This document shows, one piece after another, positions 57,970 to 64,000 of a DNA stretch of 64,000 nt (the first letter of the stretch is position 1; each line of letters opens with the position of its first letter). Origin of the DNA: Patescibacteria group bacterium (GTDB taxonomy: Bacteria; Patescibacteriota; Microgenomatia; UBA12405); the NCBI GenBank assembly GCA_050943115.1, contig JBMNON010000001.1, positions 50,023 to 114,022 on the forward strand. The letters run 5' to 3'. Under the pieces are notes generated by a model. That model saw nothing but the letters and a program-made list of their open reading frames with translations, was not told the DNA's origin and made no database searches. The translations under genes and the position numbers were made by a program.

Positions 57970-58932
57970 TTAAGAAACTAACACTCTTCCCCTTGGTGTT
58001 CTCTTTACCAGCCCCTTTTTCATCAAAAATGGCTCGTATACTTCGGTAATCGTACCCACATCCTCGGTCAATGCCGCTGCCAAATTCTCCACTCCCACCG
58101 GCCCGCCATCATAATGCACCCTGATCACCTCCAAATATTTTCTGTCCGCCTCCGATAGTCCCATTTCATCCACTCCCAGCATCTTTAATGCTGTTTTAGC
58201 TTCATTTATGGTAATCAGTCCGTCGTTGTTGACTTGGGCATAATCTCTTACCCGCCGCAGTAGACGATTGGCCACCCTGGGCGTCCCCCTTGACCTTTTG
58301 GCAATTTCCAATGCCGCTTCTTTCTCAATTTTTACCTTCAAAACTTCTGCCGTTCTCTCCACAATTTCCCTCAAACTGTCCTCCGTATAAAAATCCAATT
58401 GCTGGACGTAACCGAACCTGTCTCTCATTGGTCCGCCGATCAATCCGATCCTGGTTGTTGCTCCTACTACCGTAAACTTCTGTAAATTCAACCTAACCGT
58501 TTTTGCTGACGGTCCCTTGCCCAAAACAATATCCAAAGCAAAATCTTCCATAGCACTGTACAGTGTTTCCTCTACCAGTTTATTCATCCGGTGGATCTCG
58601 TCTATAAACAAAAAATCGCCCTTCTTTAGTCCGGACAGAATTGCTGCTAAATCCCCCGCTCTGGTCAAAGCCGGTCCCGAAGTGATCTTGATATTCGCCC
58701 CCATTTCCTTTGCCATCAGAAAAGACAATGTGGTTTTCCCCAATCCCGGCGGACCGTAAAACAGAATGTGGTCCAACGGCTCACCTCTCGACCTTGCTGC
58801 TTCCAAAAATATCCCCAACTGTTCCTTTAATCTTTCCTGACCGATAAATTCACCTAAACTCTGCGGTCGTAAACTCTTCTCGATAATTTTTTCTTCCTTT
58901 TTTGGCCTGGCATCTAAATTCATATCACTCAT
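57970..58932 (-). CDS. ruvB: Holliday junction helicase RuvB
   Basis: LRPQ...[43 protein letters not shown]. Confidence 0.98.
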   Translation of the reverse strand: MSDMNLDARPKKEEKIIEKSLRPQSLGEFIGQERLKEQLGIFLEAARSRGEPLDHILFYGPPGLGKTTLSFLMAKEMGANIKITSGPALTRAGDLAAILSGLKKGDFLFIDEIHRMNKLVEETLYSAMEDFALDIVLGKGPSAKTVRLNLQKFTVVGATTRIGLIGGPMRDRFGYVQQLDFYTEDSLREIVERTAEVLKVKIEKEAALEIAKRSRGTPRVANRLLRRVRDYAQVNNDGLITINEAKTALKMLGVDEMGLSEADRKYLEVIRVHYDGGPVGVENLAAALTEDVGTITEVYEPFLMKKGLVKRTPRGRVLVS

Positions 58933-58987
58933 CCTTTTATTCTACATCAAAACCCAAATTACCCTCCCCAAAACCCTATTCAATTCA

Positions 58988-59230
58988 TCAGGCACCACAA
59001 AGTCTCTCTTTACCTATCCCCAAAAATTTGGACCTTGGCTTGCATATTAAAACCCAGTCACCATGTCCATTAACAGGATGAACCGTCTTCTCCTCCCCCC
59101 TGTTGGCTGGACAAACCGGGCATTGCTCCTCCATAGTATATCTGATTCTCTCTTCTGTCCCCTATAGCAATACTCTTCCTGCCGGACAACGGCTCACATA
59201 TACAAATCTGCTGTCTTGTTCCTTTGGCAT
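58988..59230 (-). pseudogene. Small Cys-rich ORF with one in-frame TAG between ruvA and ruvB
   Basis: MPKEQD...RCPAGRVLL*GTEERIRYTMEEQCPVCPA...LICKP...LCGA; TAG at 59164-59162. Confidence 0.4.
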
Positions 59231-59238
59231 ATTCGTAT

Positions 59239-59811
59239 TTATACCATATTCGCCAGACACCAACTCAACCTTTCCTCCACACCGCCTATCTCCTGCGGCA
59301 GTTTCCTTATCACCGACTCAATTTCCACCCTGCCAAAACCTAATTGTTTTAAGCTCAAATACAAATCATCCTCTACCACCTCACTCTCCTGCCCTAAGTC
59401 CAACTCTCCCAAACCTCCAATTTTTGGCTTTAAGTCAACAATAATTCTTTGGGCTGCCTTCTTGCCGATTCCCTTAATTTTTTCAAAAAACTTCACATCG
59501 GCATCCCCGATAGCTTTTAGAATATCAATATAGCTGCATTCACCCAAAATTTGTGCTGCCGTCTTTGGACCGATTCCGGAAACCCCGATAATCATTTTGA
59601 AAAGCTCCACCTCTTCCGGACTTTCAAAACCAAACAAACTCATGTCAGTCTCTGATACCGCCATGTAGGTTTCCACTCTTATCTCTTCGCCTTCTTTATG
59701 TTTCCGAAGATAGCCGTTGCCTACTCTTACCAAATATCCCACTCCATTAACATCAATCTCTATCAAACTACCTCTTGTTCTGCTGATTATCCCCCTTAAA
59801 CTGGAAATCAT
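59239..59811 (-). CDS. ruvA: Holliday junction binding protein RuvA
   Basis: MISSLRG, DVNGVGY, LFGF, VSGIGPK.A, GIGKKAAQRI. Confidence 0.96.
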   Translation of the reverse strand: MISSLRGIISRTRGSLIEIDVNGVGYLVRVGNGYLRKHKEGEEIRVETYMAVSETDMSLFGFESPEEVELFKMIIGVSGIGPKTAAQILGECSYIDILKAIGDADVKFFEKIKGIGKKAAQRIIVDLKPKIGGLGELDLGQESEVVEDDLYLSLKQLGFGRVEIESVIRKLPQEIGGVEERLSWCLANMV

Positions 59812-59827
59812 AATTTATTATAAAGGA

Positions 59828-60427
59828 TCATTTGCCCAAATATCTCTCCGTCGTTCTCCTGGCCCTGTCCAAAATTCCCGCGGCCTCCTCCGCTGCCTCT
59901 GATCCCTCCATATTTCTTATAATAAAATAGTCAGCCCAATGGACAAAAGGGGTGAACGCCTTATTTTCTCGACTGCCGTATCTTTTCTCCGATTCAATAG
60001 CATTATAATCATGGGCCAAATCCCACAAAAAGTTCAATTCTTCCACCTGATCCATAGATCCTTCTTTCATTTTCCTGTAAGCTTCCGGATGGATAATCAT
60101 CACAAATTTATTGCCCCGCCTGCTTTCCTTGATTCTTTTAACCCTTACCTGGTTCTCATCGTAGGTATACAATTCCCCCTTTTTACCACTGTACAACCCT
60201 TCCTCATCTACGGCAACCACCACCCCCTCCCTATCCAATACTTCTTGGAATCTTGTCAACGCCTCACCGCTGCTTCTTCCGTTGTAAAGATTCTCCAAAC
60301 CACCTCTCAGTGCTCTGATGCCTTCAGAACTTCCCACGAAATTGGCCGCCTCTCTTCTTATATCCGTTTCCCTTACTTCCTTCCTGACACCCATAAATAA
60401 TTCTTTTATTCCGCCGTCAATTCCCAT
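59828..60427 (-). CDS. Hypothetical protein
   Basis: 199 aa ORF in operon-like spacing. Confidence 0.6.
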   Translation of the reverse strand: MGIDGGIKELFMGVRKEVRETDIRREAANFVGSSEGIRALRGGLENLYNGRSSGEALTRFQEVLDREGVVVAVDEEGLYSGKKGELYTYDENQVRVKRIKESRRGNKFVMIIHPEAYRKMKEGSMDQVEELNFLWDLAHDYNAIESEKRYGSRENKAFTPFVHWADYFIIRNMEGSEAAEEAAGILDRARRTTERYLGK

Positions 60428-60435
60428 AATGTCTC

Positions 60436-60702
60436 CTATTCACACGCCCAATCCTCGCAATTTCCCCTCTTGCATTGTAAATCCAATAGACAAAAACAAT
60501 TTCTGCCCGAATTCCACAATCCGCATCTTTCCTCCTCATCTTCCTCCCCTTCCAGATAGCCCATCTCCGTGTTCATCACATATTTTTCTTCGGCAAAATT
60601 CCTGTTGTCCTGGTTTTGTCCCACCAGCCTCAAAGCCAAAGGCAGCGACAAAACCATAATTGCCAGCACCAACACCAGGGGAATTTGCGTTAATCCTTTC
60701 AT
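60436..60702 (-). CDS. Small membrane-anchored 6-Cys protein (paralog A)
   Basis: TM, QDNR..A, C-X7-CFC....QC....C.DW.CE. Confidence 0.65.
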   Translation of the reverse strand: MKGLTQIPLVLVLAIMVLSLPLALRLVGQNQDNRNFAEEKYVMNTEMGYLEGEEDEEERCGLWNSGRNCFCLLDLQCKRGNCEDWACE

Positions 60703-60706
60703 ATTT

Positions 60707-61036
60707 TCATTTTACACTTTCGTCTTCACAATACCAATCGACACAGTTTTTACTCAAACACTGGTTGCTCATCAGACAAAAGCAGCCTTCCTTTAAGTTG
60801 ATTAAAACGCATTTTTCCTTTACCTGCACACTACCATACAAAGTCGCCATCTCATCCACCTGGTTAACTTCCAAAATATACGGATCTCTGCCAGGTAATT
60901 TGTCGGAAGCCCTATCCCGTAAATCCCTTTTTTCTTTAACAGACTTCACCAAAGTCGGCAGCATCCCCGCCATAAACAGCATTATCACAATAACCCCGAT
61001 ACTTGATCCACCATCCTGCCTTTTTACTGGGCCCAT
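60707..61036 (-). CDS. Small membrane-anchored 6-Cys protein (paralog B)
   Basis: TM, RDLR..A, same Cys pattern CFCL...QC....C.DW.CE. Confidence 0.65.
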   Translation of the reverse strand: MGPVKRQDGGSSIGVIVIMLFMAGMLPTLVKSVKEKRDLRDRASDKLPGRDPYILEVNQVDEMATLYGSVQVKEKCVLINLKEGCFCLMSNQCLSKNCVDWYCEDESVK

Positions 61037-61056
61037 TTACATAAATTGTACTCTAT

Positions 61057-61527
61057 TTAAGCTACTTTTAGTCGGGCCGTAAATAAGTGTGTCAAAGCCA
61101 CCGCCACCGCATCCGAAGCGTGTCCTGGCTTTATCGGCTCACTTCTCCCCAAAAAATTCCTCACCATCATCTCCACCTGTTCTTTTTCCGCCCTTCCGTA
61201 ACCCACCAAAGCCATCTTTACCTGTAGGGGGGTATATTCCTTTACTTCTATTCCGCTTTTTTGTCCGCACACCTTTAACACTCCTATCGCTTCCGCCACC
61301 TTTATCGCCGATTTGGCATTTTTAGCAAAATAAAGGCTTTCGATAGCCACCTCTCTCACACCATATTTATTTATGATTTGTTCTAATTCGGTATATATCT
61401 GATATAGCCTAATTGCTGAACTGTTTTCAATTTTTGTCCTAAAGCAACCACAGTCCACCAATGTCCTTTCGTCCTTTAAAACCGCCCAACCGGTATTTGC
61501 TAAACCCGGATCAATTCCCAATATCAT
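61057..61527 (-). CDS. ruvC: Holliday junction resolvase RuvC
   Basis: ILGIDPG, AIE, EYTPLQVK...GYGRA.KEQV, SDA.AVA. Confidence 0.96.
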   Translation of the reverse strand: MILGIDPGLANTGWAVLKDERTLVDCGCFRTKIENSSAIRLYQIYTELEQIINKYGVREVAIESLYFAKNAKSAIKVAEAIGVLKVCGQKSGIEVKEYTPLQVKMALVGYGRAEKEQVEMMVRNFLGRSEPIKPGHASDAVAVALTHLFTARLKVA

Positions 61528-62350
61528 TATTTTCTGAAATTATAACCTGCCTCTCTAATATACCACTCTTGATCTTAAATTCCGTGTACCTGGGTGCCTG
61601 AGTATTCCGGTTTCTGCTGACTGCCCCAACCAGATAAGTCCTGATTCCGTCAATCTCATAAGAACTGGAATAGTGTAAGTGACCGGCAATAATATCCTTA
61701 ACCCCTTCGTTTCTCAGAATCTCCAACAAATTTTTAGCCTCCCTGCTTACTTCTTCGTTGCCCTCCCCCATCACATAGGTTGAAAAGTTGTGATTAAGCG
61801 GCATATGCATTACCGCCACACAATAATAATCCCCGCACTCATCTAGCTCTTCTTTTATCCAGTCAAACTGCTCTCTCCCCAAACCTTTTTCGCTGCCGTT
61901 GTTTATCAGAATAAACTTATTGTCTTCGGTCTTAAAGCTTTGGTATTCTCTTCCAAAATATTCAGAAAACACATTTTCCCCGTTCTTCTCGCCCCACCAC
62001 AAATCATGATTTCCGGGAACGGCATAATAGCTCACCCCGCCCCTCTCCAGCATCTCCTTTGCTTTTGCTGTCTCCTGCCTGGTCCCCAGTGAAGTCATGT
62101 CCCCGGCCACCAAAACAAACTCACTGCCCCTTTCCCCAGCCTTTTCCAAAAATTTCTCCATGTCGCTCCAATTCAAATGAATATCAGCCATTACAGCAAA
62201 CCTTACCTCCCTTGCCTCCTTCACCGTTGGCTCAATTTCTGTTGGCTCACCTTCAGTCTTTATTACCCCACCGTCCCAAAAACCGTATCTCCAGGCTACC
62301 AATGCCAACAAAACTAATACGATTACCCAATTCATCAGCTTTCTTGTCAT
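61511..62350 (-). CDS. Membrane-anchored calcineurin-like metallophosphoesterase
   Basis: DIH, GD, PGNHD, MH.P, AGHLH. Confidence 0.9.
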   Translation of the reverse strand: MTRKLMNWVIVLVLLALVAWRYGFWDGGVIKTEGEPTEIEPTVKEAREVRFAVMADIHLNWSDMEKFLEKAGERGSEFVLVAGDMTSLGTRQETAKAKEMLERGGVSYYAVPGNHDLWWGEKNGENVFSEYFGREYQSFKTEDNKFILINNGSEKGLGREQFDWIKEELDECGDYYCVAVMHMPLNHNFSTYVMGEGNEEVSREAKNLLEILRNEGVKDIIAGHLHYSSSYEIDGIRTYLVGAVSRNRNTQAPRYTEFKIKSGILERQVIISENNDIGN

Positions 62351-62534
62351 TCTTAATTTTACCTAATTTATTAAACAAACAAATTATAGGATAAGTTAAT
62401 AATTACTCACTTTTCCACATCAACAACCTATAATTAGATATTACATAAATTTCATCAATGTTATTAGGATAATATCCTTGAATGTCACCTGCTGTTAGGT
62501 TAAACAAGCTCCTGTACATAAGCTATAATCACTT

Positions 62535-63491
62535 ATGGACCAGTCCCTTGTCCTTCAAATCCAAAATCGCTTTCCTGAAATTAACATCAAAACTGATTAT
62601 CCCCTGGCTCCTTTCACCACCTTAAAAATTGGCGGTCCTGCCGATATATTTATTCAAACCGAATCGGTATCTCAGCTTACCCGTCTCCTTACTTTCTTGG
62701 CATCCCAAAGTACCCCCATTACTATCCTTGGCAACGGTTCCAACATTCTCATCTCCGATTTCGGACTCTCCGGCGTAGTCATAAAAAACACCGGCAATTC
62801 TATTACTACTTCCGAATCTAATCCCAACCACGTTACTATCTCTTCCGGTACCAGTTTGGCTTATGCCATTAATTGGACTCTAGACCATCACCTTACGGGT
62901 CTTGAATATTACGCCTATATCCCCGCCACCATCGGCGGTGCCGTTTATTCCCATATCCATGGTGTTGAAAATCATCAGTTTTCTCAAATCCTCAACACTG
63001 TCACCGTCTTTAATCTTAAAAAACGAAAAGTTGAAAACTTGCAGGCAACCGCTTTGAAATGGGCTTATGACTACTCCCAGCTTCAGGACGAACCCCACCT
63101 TGTTATTCTCTCCGCCAAGTTCAATCTAATTCCTGGCAACCCCCAAAAAGCTAAACAGTTCGCCAAAGATATTATTGACCAAAAATCATCAGTTCAACCA
63201 CTTAATTCCGCAGGATCGGTATTTAAAAATCCCACACCCAAAGACTGCCTTCCCCTGTGGGGCGAAACCAAATCTGCCGGTTGGATTATTGAACACGAAC
63301 TCAACTTAAAAGGTTATTCCTTGGGTGACGCTCAGATCGGCCCTCAGCACGCCAACATCTTCACCAACCAGGACAAGGCTACCGCTTCTGACTTCTACCG
63401 TCTTATCCGGCTCGTCCAGGATCAATCGCTAAAAAAACTGGGCTTACCCCTTCAATTAGAAATTCAACTTCTCGGCCAATTTAAAGACTAA
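62535..63491 (+). CDS. murB: Second MurB (short type)
   Basis: TTLKIGGPA, GNGSN, GLE....IPATIGGA, SAGSVFKNP, HANIF, LEI. Confidence 0.9.
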   Translation: MDQSLVLQIQNRFPEINIKTDYPLAPFTTLKIGGPADIFIQTESVSQLTRLLTFLASQSTPITILGNGSNILISDFGLSGVVIKNTGNSITTSESNPNHVTISSGTSLAYAINWTLDHHLTGLEYYAYIPATIGGAVYSHIHGVENHQFSQILNTVTVFNLKKRKVENLQATALKWAYDYSQLQDEPHLVILSAKFNLIPGNPQKAKQFAKDIIDQKSSVQPLNSAGSVFKNPTPKDCLPLWGETKSAGWIIEHELNLKGYSLGDAQIGPQHANIFTNQDKATASDFYRLIRLVQDQSLKKLGLPLQLEIQLLGQFKD

Positions 63492-63702
63492 ATATTCTCT
63501 TGGATTTCCTCTTCCCAAGGAGCCAAAGGGTGTCTTCTCCTTCTTATCTGAATCGCATCCGCCTTTTCCGGGTCCAAGTCCTCAACAAAGGTTTCATCAA
63601 AACAATAAGCTCCGTCCCTCAACCTGATTCCATAGCTCACTCTCTCATTCACCAGCTTCCAAGCTCTTACACCTATTCCGCTTATATGTTCAACTATCCC
63701 AT
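63489..63702 (-). pseudogene. Small ORF whose ATG is one base out of frame
   Basis: Open frame GIVEHISG...EEEIQENI-stop; ATGGGATA needs one extra G to join it. Confidence 0.35.
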
Positions 63703-63750
63703 GGCACCCCCCACAAATCCTTAATAAATATCTTTAATTTTAAAACGCTA

Positions 63751-64000
63751 CTATGTTACTTTTCCACTATCAAGCAATATCCTGGCAACAAACTTCGGCA
63801 GTTCCATCTGCCTCCTCCATCTTTTTGGTTCTTTGACAAGTGAGTATAGCCACTCCAAACCCATCTTCCTAAGCATCATAGGAGCCCTTTTTAAATCACC
63901 ACTGTAATAGTCAAAACTCCTCCCGACTCCCATCACCATGCCTACTTTTAATTTCTTTAAATTTCTGTCAATCCATTCCTCCTGCCTTTTCATTCCATAA
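63751..64000 (-). CDS. WecB/TagA/CpsF glycosyltransferase (C-terminal part; runs off window)
   Basis: KRQEEWI, GVG.SFD..SG..KRAP....GLEWLY....EP.RW.R. Confidence 0.9.
   Translation of the reverse strand, partial: YGMKRQEEWIDRNLKKLKVGMVMGVGRSFDYYSGDLKRAPMMLRKMGLEWLYSLVKEPKRWRRQMELPKFVARILLDSGKVT

Noticed and set aside
50463-59164. Genome-wide TAG recoding
   Set aside because: Conserved genes such as epmA, tdk and murF end in TAG at plausible lengths
1-64000. Replication origin or terminus
   Set aside because: The + strand stays C-rich throughout by eye, with no skew switch or DnaA-box cluster seen

Overview
Gene-dense bacterial chromosome segment. Gene content and style point to a Patescibacteria/CPR (Microgenomates-like) genome; this is inference. 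Housekeeping blocks: hpf-rpmG-radical SAM-epmA, murB x2, murF, galU, manC, glyA/tdk/tmk/dcd, nrdR-nrdJ-cobalamin adenosyltransferase, secE-nusG-rplK-rplA, L10 leader-rplJ-rplL, ruvC/ruvA/ruvB, several GT2/GT4/GT-C glycosyltransferases, tRNA-Trp and tRNA-Ala. Many ordinary genes look leaderless, with TATAAT 5-7 nt before the start codon and no Shine-Dalgarno (SD). Against that background, 5-6 dispersed single-gene units share a different design: near-consensus sigma70 promoter, boxA-like antitermination motif, long hairpin-rich leader, strong SD (absent in one), a compositionally atypical secreted or membrane gene (often Pro/Thr-rich, two with a Chloroflexi-like 'F[LI]PLV' motif), and long 3' hairpins. 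One unit carries a complete type III hammerhead ribozyme in its 3' UTR (18947-19005). Other oddities: an S41 protease with an HPD-less J-domain in place of PDZ, a putative divergent sortase next to an IPTGG substrate, four twin-arginine-signal orphans, two recurrent intergenic DNA motifs, an NrdR box away from the nrd genes, and several small ORFs each broken by a single lesion. No CRISPR array, rRNA, integrase or transposase was seen. All calls are by eye; no searches were run.
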